The position numbers and the translations under genes are program-made. A DNA stretch of 63,896 nucleotides, counting the filler, from Rhabdomonas costata (lineage: Eukaryota): the NCBI GenBank assembly GCA_019059605.1. It is 39 parts of 39 records of this genome, joined end to end, with 100 filler letters (N's around TTAATTAATTAA, not from the genome) between each part and the next. Parts side by side here need not be neighbours in the genome. Positions count along the whole stretch, not along the records: positions 47,600 to 49,139 come from JAHMHO010013462.1; positions 49,240 to 50,779 come from JAHMHO010013463.1; positions 50,880 to 52,419 come from JAHMHO010013464.1; positions 52,520 to 54,059 come from JAHMHO010013465.1; positions 54,160 to 55,699 come from JAHMHO010013466.1; positions 55,800 to 57,339 come from JAHMHO010013467.1; positions 57,440 to 58,979 come from JAHMHO010013468.1; positions 59,080 to 60,618 come from JAHMHO010013469.1; 31 more parts are not named here. The stretch is one strand, 5' to 3'. Positions within the stretch are counted from its first letter, which is position 1, and each line of letters opens with the position of its first letter. Below are positions 48,688 through 59,567 of the stretch, piece after piece. The notes under the pieces were generated by a model. That model searched no databases. It was not told the DNA's origin and saw only the letters and a list, made by a program, of their open reading frames with translations.

Positions 48688-51600
48688 GTTTTGGGTCTCA
48701 TCGTACTCTCTATCCCTTTTGGATCCCGAACCCTGCTCAGCAGCAGCAGCAGAGAGCACAAAACTCCGCACAGCAGTAAAGCGTGCGCCCAAGAAACAGG
48801 AAGGAAAGAATAAACTAAAGAGGAACGAAACCAAATGAAACGCATCCTAAACAGAAGACCAGAAAAGAGCACGAGCGAATGGGAAACACCAGGGGCCTCT
48901 GGTATTGGGGGGAGGGGGCGTTAAAGGTTTTGCAGTGTTTGCAATTTAACAGCGTTAAACATCGAAATTTTGCAGCCTCCATAACATCTCCGCCTCAGCC
49001 ACTCGCTCCAGTGCTGCTCTCCAACACAATACCATTGCTGTCCACTCTGTGGAAAGTCCACCAAGTCCAAAAACGCACCCCCACCCTCACCCCCGATACA
49101 ATTGCACCCAGAAAATGCCAGGAAGAATTCCCACCAACANNNNNNNNNNNNNNNNNNNNNNNNNNNNNNNNNNNNNNNNNNNNTTAATTAATTAANNNNN
49201 NNNNNNNNNNNNNNNNNNNNNNNNNNNNNNNNNNNNNNNGGGTGGTGTTTTGTTTTTCTTTCAGTAAAGCTGGATCAGTGTATCCAACAACACTCCATTT
49301 ACACTCAACGGGTAACTATACAAGCACATCAATGGCTTCATGGATTGTAGTGCTGTTGGCTGACAAGACAGATTTCCTAGCCAGCGTGTCAAACAAGTTC
49401 ACTGACAACAATGTATTCGTATTCCATTGATTCTCATATTGCTACAAATGGTACATCAGGCTTCGCCTCTTTAAAGAAGGTCTCACTCAACCTTTTTCTG
49501 CTTTGCGACAACTCCTAACGCACGTTCAACGGATCTGACTTCACAAAAGAACATCCAGCTGAATTAATACTCACGAAATCAGACTGCTTCTGTTACCATG
49601 TCGCCATGTGCTAGGTTGGAAGAGCACTTAGAAATGGCCCTTAACCGTAACCCGAACCACAACATCTCCATTACCAGCTGAAGCTTGGTCGTAGCGTACC
49701 GTCTAAGCTCTTATTACAACATCTGTAACAAGCCTTACCGATTGAACCCCACTTTTTGCTGTCAAACATTTCCAAAACAAACAAACAAGTGCCTTTGAAA
49801 AGACGTCCTCTGGTACTCCAACTGCTCCTGTGGTACAGATTGCTGCAATCATCTACATTCTGCTTCCTCTGCAAAACGTTGTTGAACAACCCACAGATTC
49901 ATTTAACTGCCTCTTCTTAACAACTCATTTATCCAATCATTATCGTGAGCCATTAATATGTGTCTAGAGAGACACGTCCTCTAAACCCATCTATTTTGTG
50001 CTCTCTGTACTTTTTGGAGTCACTGTTCCAATGACCATTTGGGAGCCACTTTTCCAATTTGTGCAACTCCTGATCTTCACAACAAATTGTCCTCAAAGTT
50101 TACGTAAAAAGCGCAACTTCCTCAGTAGAAACAGACGCGCGGCTGCTCTCTTAGAAGAACGATTGTGCAAACGGAGCTTTCGCTGGCTGCTTCAAAATGC
50201 TATCTGCCATGCCTGTCTTCTCTGGTAAACCCACCCTCTGCAATAACTGTGGTGTATGAATTCTTGGATTTCCACCTCTCCCTGCAAAAGGCTACATCAC
50301 GTAACCAAAACGTTTGCTCAGTCCACCATAGTTTCTGCAGTCTAACTTCCACAGCATCGTCATGGGAATAAAATCCAATGTGGGTAATGTGTCATTGCTG
50401 TGTTAATCTGCTGCTGCTGTGGGGCAGTACACATCACACGTTTTGCTGTAACTGTTGCTGCAAGAGTGTGCCATGAACATATCGCTAAAAACAGATTTGG
50501 AACTCCTTTAAATGCAACAAAAGCACTCAATCAATCAAATCAAGATCTCGGTAACACCTCTTTTTCTTTATTACCAGGCGTGAGACCGTACTTCCAAAAA
50601 ACACGTGTAGACATACCGCATAACATCCAACTACATACCTGCTCGCTATGACTTTGGTGTGTCTCAGATTCCCGTGTCAGTACTTCTACAGTGTCTCGTT
50701 AAATTTTTGCGTCTCGTCAGCCATGAACGTGGCATGTATCTTCTCATTCAACCATTTTAATAACAGATACACCCCCACCNNNNNNNNNNNNNNNNNNNNN
50801 NNNNNNNNNNNNNNNNNNNNNNNTTAATTAATTAANNNNNNNNNNNNNNNNNNNNNNNNNNNNNNNNNNNNNNNNNNNNCACGAAGTGTGTGCGCATGGA
50901 TAGACTTGCACGTAAATTTGTGATTCGTTGGGATTTCTGTTTGTTTGTTTGTTTACTTGTTTGCTTGTTTTTTCTTGCTGTAGTCTGCCGATCACTGGTC
51001 CCTCTGCTCGTCAGAGACCGTTGGGGAAGAAAGTTTTTCGGTGGGAGCGGTTTTTGGCGTGAAGAGAAGGCTGCAGTTGACCTTGAAGTGCCAGCCGAGT
51101 TCGAAAATATGTGCTGCGGGTGATGTGCTCAGGGTTCTGGCGTTTTCTCACTCATATATACCTGGAACTTTCTGTCGTACCCAGGAGCCGGTCCGGCGGG
51201 TTTGGATTTGTTCGCGTCTGGTGCTTTATTTTGCCCTTGCTTTTTTCTTTGTTTGGTTGATAATGGGATTCAGGAGAATGGGGCGGATGAGATGTCTTTG
51301 TTCCAGCTCGGAGGCCTTGAGATGAGCTTCCAGTGCTTTAGTGTAACATCTCTGCTTTCAGCACCTTCAGCTTGTGACAGGGATTTTGGAAGCTTGGAAA
51401 CCTGCTGATGAGTGTGGTGTCAAAGCACCTTTTCACGGGTATGGAGAAAAGGAGAAAAGTACTTGACAAAGTACTTGACATTTGTCCCTAGGTCGTAGAA
51501 GAAAACTCCGTTTTAGAAGCTTCACAATGGAAAAATGGACCCAATTTTGATTGGTTACCCAATGGGAGAGTTTGAAAATACTCCGCTTCCACCCACAATG

Positions 51601-52103
51601 ACACCTGGGCCATGTATTTATATATGGCCCAGTTTATGTATACTGACGTATATATATCCCCGCTCCTATGTGGTTAATGTTGGATTGGAAAGTGTGATGG
51701 TAGTGTGTCCCTCCCAGACTGCACTTTTTTGCCCAACATTTACGGCAGGGAAGATAAGGAGATGCAGTATCATTGTTTGTTTGAAACCTATTTATTTGTT
51801 TTGTTTTATCCTTTAGAAACATAGCAAAAGCAATTGTGCGTCGATCACGGAGAGCCCAGCTTCTATTGTCCGCGTTCTTGAAAAGGTCACAAGGCCACAA
51901 GGCTTGCGACGAGATGCGATTTCAAAGGAGATGCAATCAAATGAGACATTTACATGCTAAACAGAATTTGAAGGTTCCCAATCGAGATCGATCGCTCGAA
52001 CTTAAGAAGAGAAAAATTGGGGAGAAACTTGGCTGAGGCTTGGGGTTGTGGCGCCCTTATTCCCGCGCGTTTTATTTCCATTGCTAACAGCCTATGCTGG
52101 AAA

Positions 52104-52419
52104 ATGGTGATGCCTTCGTCACCATCGCATATAGATCCAAGCTCACAGTCACTATCTCCTGCTCAGAGGCGCTTGCTGGTTCAACGCTGCTCTACAGTCG
52201 ACCTTGAAGTGTCCCCGTCCCTGCCGGGCTCTATTTTAGGCCGGCAAAGCCCTCCTGAACTGCCTAATGATCCGACAGTACCTGGGTTGCTGACGCTGCA
52301 GCCGCATACCCCATTCGTAGCCGGAGATGAGGCGGTGCCGCAATCCACCGTGGAGACCCCTCATATCCCAGCTCCCGCTCCCGTGGCCGCATGGAGCAGG
52401 TCCGTCGCAGTGCCCTCTC
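52104..52419 (+). CDS. Possible N-terminus of a Pro/Ser-rich hypothetical protein
   Basis: ATG-initiated open frame running to the contig end. No domain. Confidence 0.3.
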
Positions 52420-52999
52420 NNNNNNNNNNNNNNNNNNNNNNNNNNNNNNNNNNNNNNNNNNNNTTAATTAATTAANNNNNNNNNNNNNNNNNNNNNNNNN
52501 NNNNNNNNNNNNNNNNNNNGTGGTGGGTGTGGGTGGGTTGTTGGGTGGCTCCCGAGGGCAGCGTGGAGAGGAAGAACAGGATCGTGCGCTTGCCTATCGC
52601 ACAAAATGCATCGCTTATACACACATGCACACAGCCATGTAATCCAGTCCTTTTTGTCACTGTGAGTCAACGTACGTTCGTGCATGCACGCGCGCACACA
52701 ATTATATTTGGCCAACTGCGAATGCCAACCAGAAATGAGGAAATGAGGTCAGGAGGGCAACAAAGTGTCCCAAGGAAATAACAAAAAACAGCTTTCGAAT
52801 TCAAATTTCGACCTTGTAACGCGTTTTACCGATAAACACCACCACCACAAAAAAGGCTATAGGCTCAGAGCTGACATGCAGCAACCCGCTGGTTGCGACG
52901 CACGTACGCGTGACGGTGAAGGTGACGGTGAAGGTGGGGTCGGTGCATGGTGTGTGCGTGCGCGCGTGTAATTGAGGGAGAGAGGGGGAGGGGAAGGAC

Positions 53000-53371
53000 C
53001 TTCGGACTTGCCCTCCAAAGCGGAGGCGGAAAGCAGAGAGCGCTCCACGTCCTCGTCCTCGCTGGCGTCATCCACCACCCCAGCGGAGAGCTCGCGGGCA
53101 GGCATAATGATCCCAAATCCACGGTCTGCCAGGAGCTGCGGCAAACGGAGGGATACATGAAGCTCTCTGCCTCTGCTTGGCTGGCTTGGATTACTCAAAA
53201 CTTTGCCAACGATAGCTACATGCAATCTTAACTTTACACAAGCAACTTGCAACAAATATACAAATTCATTACGAAGAACACTTAGTCGAATGGGCGGCGA
53301 TGGCCCGTTGTTCCACCTGTGGAGGTAATTAGCACTGATGGGTCGTACAGGCCCATTGGTAAGGGCCACCA
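53000..53371 (-). CDS. Hypothetical protein, 2 probable exons
   Basis: ~53371-53283 and ~53125-53000: VALTNGPVRPISANYLHRWNNGPSPPIRL / RGFGIIMPARELSAGVVDDASEDEDVERSLL, with AG/GT boundaries. Confidence 0.35.
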
Positions 53372-56059
53372 CTGTTGGACGTGTGCATCTAAGTTGAGCG
53401 CGAAAAGGGCTGGCCGACGCGGGTCGGGGACTGCTATCTGGATTTCTGATGGCTTTTTACCTGATATGAACACAGAAAGACAGAAAAATGGAGACACTGA
53501 TACACCGTAAAGCAAAAAGAAAAGACTCCGTACGAGCGTACGGGGGCGAAAAAATGACTCACAGTGCAGGTCCGCCTTAAGCGTCTGGGGAACTGCCCAG
53601 CCCAGACTCAACCAACTGCGTATTTTCTTGGACCCATCGGACCGCCGTTCCCCACTTGTCACCATGCAGAGAGGAGAGAGCCCCGGCCGGAATCAGTTCC
53701 TGGGGGTTACAGCTTCATACAAAATGTCTTCCCTTCCCTTCTGTAAAGCTTCTGCAAGCGGAAATACAACCTACGGCAATGTCTCCCACGACAACACCGT
53801 CGGTTGATTTTCAATTCCACATGAAGCTGGGGTGCGACAGTATTGGCCTCAGAAGACCTCGTTTTGACTCCCTTTCAGATCAAGAAGCGGGTGGAGTGGT
53901 ACAGCGCATGAGAGAACGGGGCTGGGAAAAGGTGATCAAGTTGGTCGTTTGGGAAAACAAAACTTAAAATCATTAAAAACTCAACTGTAATATTTAACAA
54001 AGGAAAACTTGATCACCTTTTCCCAGCCCCGTTCTCTCATGCGCTGTACCACCCCACCCNNNNNNNNNNNNNNNNNNNNNNNNNNNNNNNNNNNNNNNNN
54101 NNNTTAATTAATTAANNNNNNNNNNNNNNNNNNNNNNNNNNNNNNNNNNNNNNNNNNNNGTTTTGGGTGCCTCTCTCTCCCTTGCCAATGTCTTTTTTTT
54201 GTCATTTGCGCGAAAAACACCGAATCGCGCGCAAACGGTGTTTGCATAAAGGCTTGTGTTTTGCTGGCTTCTTCTATCTTCTTCAACAACATTTGTAGAT
54301 ATCAGTGTCAGTCTTGTCCCGCTGTTCCGCCGTTGGACCCAGCCTGGTGGTGCCCTGTTGTTTTGCCGCGTTTGTGCACCACCAGCTTTTGCGCCTTTTC
54401 AGCCAGTGCGTCGGGATGTCGACACGCTGCCTCCCCTTCCCCACCCGAAAAGCGCTTTCCCCACGTCTTCGTGTATCGGCCCCCATCGTTTTTGCGAGCC
54501 GAAAGGATGCGCCAGACAAATCCCGCATCCAAATTCGCTACTCCTGCCTCCCTGCCCGAGCCATTTCCCAGTTTTTCCTTCTTGCAGACCCGAGGCCTTC
54601 CCTCCGCTGCTGCTGCTGCTGCGAAGATTTTTTGAGCGAGCTTTTGCATTCTGGCTTCCTATCACACTGAGGAGCGCGCGCCTGAGTGCCTGGATGCCCC
54701 CGGGGTGCCCTTCTCCGTTTGCCCCCAGGTGGAGGGTAGTGGAGCCGCATTGCTTCACACTCGTCCCCCTCTCCACATCATCATGGACTGTAGCCTCGTT
54801 GCTATATCGTCTTCAGGCCCAACGCCTGCTTCTGCCTCGCTTCCCTTGCCCTGGGTCTTTCACATCAACCGTGACACACTCCACCAAGGGGCTGACAGAA
54901 TGGCCTGTGCGTGTTTTCCTCACGTGAAAGCACTTGTGCACACTCCCAACCTTGGGCACCCCAGTTTTGTCAAACCCTCTTTTGAAGCGTCTGAAGGGCC
55001 CCATGCAAGTGCATGTGCATGTGGTGCTGAACACGACGACAGGTGGACGATTGAGCATGAAATAACAGCGGCAGCGGGAGGAAAAGAGAGTGCAAGAAAC
55101 GAAAAATATGTGTGCGGTAGGCACAGAAGGAGAAGTGGGAGACGATGAGAAGGTTCGTTGGCAGAATCATCATGGATGGGCCAGTTTATTGAAGCCTTTG
55201 GAATCCGTCCGATTTCCTGTTGATTCACGATCATTGTCGCCCCAATCAGCCTTCGGTCTGGAGTGAGGTGCTCAGACACCCGCAAACGCGCTGCTTTACT
55301 TTACCGTTGTGAAACCCGTTCTCGTGGTTGTGGGACTGAGCGTCCTATTGGTTTTCGCTTCGCTGCTGATCCCGTGAATTGGGCGGCAACCTGCCGATGC
55401 TGTAAAGAATGGGTTGACGTCACCCCGAACCCACACCCAAGCATCTATTTGTAGTTGATTACCGAGTAGAATCATTTTTTGGGTTTCCTCGCATGCACGC
55501 TTGAGTGAGACGAAAGTGCACCCCTCCCTCCTGCTCCTAAGCTCCGCACCTCTTCCACTTCGTTTGCGGAATCAGTGATCTTCTCCTTCCTTATTTTTCC
55601 TTTCTTTGTTTCGTTGTTTGGATACCCCCGTATTTTCGCGAGAATGGAACCTTCCGTGATGCAATCCCTTGCCCTCGCCCTGGGCCGCCCGCTGACCGCN
55701 NNNNNNNNNNNNNNNNNNNNNNNNNNNNNNNNNNNNNNNNNNNTTAATTAATTAANNNNNNNNNNNNNNNNNNNNNNNNNNNNNNNNNNNNNNNNNNNNT
55801 TGAAGGAATACGAAGAATGGTGTTAACCTGCCATTGAGCACCCCGCACCCTGCGGCTGACCCTTTGTAGAGTGGAGGACTCTCACTTCTCGCCATTTTTG
55901 CGAAGGGCGTAACTATGCGCATCTTCTATTTGTACTGTATCGCCAATCTGTACTAGGTCCCTTTGGGGAGTGGTGTGTGGTATTAAAGACAGACGACAGG
56001 TGGGAGATAATGGTTGGGCGAGGTGTGCCCACGACACCGGGGACCGCTCAACTCAACTG

Positions 56060-56216
56060 AGGCAGCCGAGACCTTCCCTGCATGCACCCTCCGGCTGAGC
56101 ACGGAGGTTCCCAGGGAGATGTACATTGATCCGAATGAGGTCCGGCGGCTCTCCGCCAGGCACCCCAGCAACTTCACCTTGGTGTACCCTGAGGACGTGG
56201 ACGTGGAGGCCCCTGC
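56060..56216 (+). CDS. PIGX: PIG-X/PBN1-like GPI-mannosyltransferase I subunit exon
   Basis: FPACTLRLSTEVPREMYIDPNEVRRL...DVDVEAPA matches PIG-X C-x-L...P-x2-LYVDPYEL-x2-L...DIEAP. Exon ends are approximate. Confidence 0.68.
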
Positions 56217-56519
56217 GTACCGCAGCCTTCCCCACGCTCTTGTTCTGGACAGCCCTTCAATGGGTCAAAGCGCATTTTTTCGAGGGGGGGGGGCGTTATT
56301 TAGTGAAAGACGGTGATGTTTATTCTCCCTACCACCACATCACCAAGTGCTAATGGTTGATTTTCCAACAAGCATAAGGTATAAGGAAAATGAACTTTCT
56401 CAAAACCTGTTTTCAAGGTTGGTTGTTAAGGTCAACGTTTTGACATCCGTGCTAGCAAACCGAAGAAAAGGGGACGCGGGAGGGGTTTCCGTCCCTGAAC
56501 CTGGTATCCCTGATCCATA

Positions 56520-56550
<31 letters not shown>

Positions 56551-56908
56551 CAAGAACAACCAAGACCAAAGACCAAATAGATAAAATCCAAATATTGAAT
56601 TCAAGACAGTTTGAGGAGTTTATGGAGCTCAACTTGTTTATCCAAGCTCTTCTATCTCTCTTTCCATGCAGTGATTGGGGACAACTGACCGTGATCTAGA
56701 GGGAGAAACCAGAGATTCTAGTGAATGGGTCACTCCTCCGATGCCTTCAATCATATGACGCCCATGGCACACCACTTATCCTACCAAATCATATGACTAA
56801 AATCGTTACACAGGGACCAGGACCAAACAGGAAAAAGAAAGTGCCGAGGTGGTGAGGAAAAAGCAAAACAAAAACCATCCAATGGAAAAAATTTAGAGCA
56901 CAACTTGC

Positions 56909-57260
56909 CTATGGTTACTGCCAGCTGGAAAAGGATGTTGATCGCTCCTCGAAGATGATGGGGCGCGGCCTCGGAGAGATACAGCGGAATGGACTGATTG
57001 GCCAGCCCCACACCCACCCCAAGCGTAACTCGGCCCGCAATTAGCATCCCCAGGTTCACCGCAGTGGCCTGAAGCACAACCCCAGCCAGAAAGGTGATCC
57101 CAGAGAGGATCATGGTGGCCCGGCGGCCCCAGTGGGTGGAAGTCCACGAGCCTCCCAAGGCCGCGGCCCCACCGGAAAGGAACAGCGAGGAGGTGAAGAG
57201 CTGCAGCTGGACGTTGTTGTACTGGCAGTAGGGAGAGGTGGCATTGGGAGTGTGCAGGAG
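56909..57260 (-). CDS. MFS hexose/H+ symporter of the plant STP / green-algal HUP type, internal exon
   Basis: YCQYNNVQLQLFTSSLFL...GRRATM...MLIAGRVTLGVGVGLANQSIPLYLSEAAP...RGAINILFQLAVTIG. Acceptor CGCAG|, donor ATAG|GCAAGT. Confidence 0.93.
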
Positions 57261-57719
57261 CTGCGAGAGAGACCCAGGGAAGAAGGGAGATGGCCACAAT
57301 TGGTTGTCGTGTAAGCGAGTGAACACATGATGCAGCAGANNNNNNNNNNNNNNNNNNNNNNNNNNNNNNNNNNNNNNNNNNNNTTAATTAATTAANNNNN
57401 NNNNNNNNNNNNNNNNNNNNNNNNNNNNNNNNNNNNNNNTTGTGGTGGTTATGGTGGGCTGAAATCCCACGCGCCCTTCACAGCGGGCTCTGGAGGGGGG
57501 GCGAGTACCTTGCTTTCGGTGAGGGAATGCGCCAGACTATAAAATAGATTCGAGGCGCACAGGCAGCTGACAAGCGCCGAATGAAAGATCGGAACATCAC
57601 ATCGCTGTCAGCCAGCGTGCTATGTGCTCAAAATACACCCATACGCCCTGCTCTTGTGCAAAAGATAATGAGAGGTCGAGTTCTCTCTCTTTTTGTATAT
57701 TTTTTCATGTTCCTATCAG

Positions 57720-58657
57720 TTGAAGAACAAGAAGGACCTGGTCACGTGGAAGGTCATGCACTCCAAAATGATCGAGGATATGAACAAGAAGGTGAAGAAG
57801 TACGAGAAGGTCTCTCCCTCACGCCTCTCGGATTTCGTGTCGCGGCAGAATTGTAGCTGTGTGCCTTGCGCATTCCTGTGGTTCTTTTTGTCAGTATGGA
57901 TGTCTGATGCATTGGATGCATATATCCCTAGATAAATACACATCACATCCTGGTTAATCACGTTCACCACAGCTGGTCTGAAATCCGCATTTGAACTACT
58001 TTTCTCTGACTCTGTGTCAGCAATACCCACTCATCTACCCCGGGAAAGCTGGGTGCCCACCTGAGGTTGGTGTGTTAATCGCGCTCACGTTCATGAGGGG
58101 CACGCGCACAGTGGAGTCAGTACGACATGGACAAGCTTCTGCTGGAGATGGAGAAGAAGAAGCAGGACCTTCAGAAGCAGCCCGGGCAACCCGGCGGAGG
58201 GGAGGACAAGACCGCCCGCCAAGAGCTGCAACTACTGTCACGCAGGGAGCAGGTTGCTGCCCCCACACCACACACACGTCTTATCCTGTTCCGTTGTATC
58301 ACTGACCGGAATCATGGGATCCCTCCACTCTTCCGAGGATCTGTGTAAATTGACTTAATCTGAAACGCTGTTTTATTTCAAATTTTGTGTGTAGGTTTGT
58401 CCGCAGTGACACACGCGTCGACGGATGTGAGAAAAGAAAAGGAAAACACGACAGATTTGTGTCCCTGCACATGAAGTTTGGAAGGGGCCGCAGGGAATAT
58501 TTTCTGCTTTCGCTCGCGCTTCTTCATGGAAACTCGCCAATCAGGAGATCGCCCGCCTGAAGGCCCAGCTGTCGAAGGAGCAGAAGCTGAAGTCCAAGGC
58601 GTTCCAGAAGCTCGACGAGCTCCACGCCGGGCAGGAGCCTGGCGAGGATGTGGCCAT
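57720..58657 (+). CDS. Coiled-coil protein (possibly CCDC162-like), 3 exons
   Basis: Exons 57720-57809, 58112-58252 and 58545-58657, phase 0, GT-AG: KKVKKYEK|WSQYDMDKLLLEMEKKK...|EIARLKAQLSKEQKLKSKAFQKLDEL. Strong GC3 bias. Confidence 0.75.
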
Positions 58658-59079
58658 GTACTGTGGCTCTCCCTTCCCTCTGCTCATCACCCTGCTCTCA
58701 TGAAGAGGATTTAGCTTGCGTATCTTCTGCCATGAGTTATCGGTCCGGTGCCTCCGCACGCCCTTCATTCTTTGCTGATGCAATGTTTTCTGCTGCCTCG
58801 CGAAGTGCCTTTTCGGATGGAGCGCCGAAGGGAGACAACAGCGCCACCATCAAAGAAAAAAGAGGGCAGGGGGTATTGAAGCTGGTGGTTTACTGTGGTC
58901 TCAATGCTCTCAGCTGGCAGGGCAAGTACTTTGAGTGCATTGAGACCACAGTAAACCACCAGCTTCAATACCCCCCCCCNNNNNNNNNNNNNNNNNNNNN
59001 NNNNNNNNNNNNNNNNNNNNNNNTTAATTAATTAANNNNNNNNNNNNNNNNNNNNNNNNNNNNNNNNNNNNNNNNNNNN

Positions 59080-59567
59080 ACGCAACTCGGCTAGGGACTA
59101 GGAGAGACCTTCGCAAGGTGCACCTGTTCAACTTCCTCCGGTTCCAGCACTGCAAAAAATGCGTTGTGCGTGTGAAATGTTTTCCCTTCGGAGCATGCCA
59201 GAACATGTTCTTCTCTTTGGGACTGAGAAAGTTCGTTCCGCGGGCTCCTGAGGACGAGGCGTTGCTCTTTCCGTCATGGCTCAACTGCAGTTTGGGGGGG
59301 GGGGTGTTTGGGATTTTTCAGATTGACATCTTCTCCGTGGGTGTCCTCACATACGTCATGCTCACGGCCCACTTCCCCTTCCCCTCGGGGGACCCCAAGA
59401 AGCAGGCCTGCCACATCCTGGAGGGAGTAAGGTTTCCCACCGCGGGCCAGACCAGTGCGCAGGCAAAGGAGTTCCTTGCTGCCCTTCTGCGCCCGGAGCG
59501 GGCGCTTCGGCCCTCGGCCGAGGAGTGCCTGCGGATGCCCTGGCTAGCGGCCCAGGCGTGGATTCAG
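59080..59567 (+). CDS. Ser/Thr protein kinase (CAMK-like), subdomains IX-XI
   Basis: Exons 59080-59117 and 59322-59555/59567: K|IDIFSVGVLTYVMLTAHFPF...SAQAKEFLAALL...RPSAEECLRMPWL. Confidence 0.92.
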
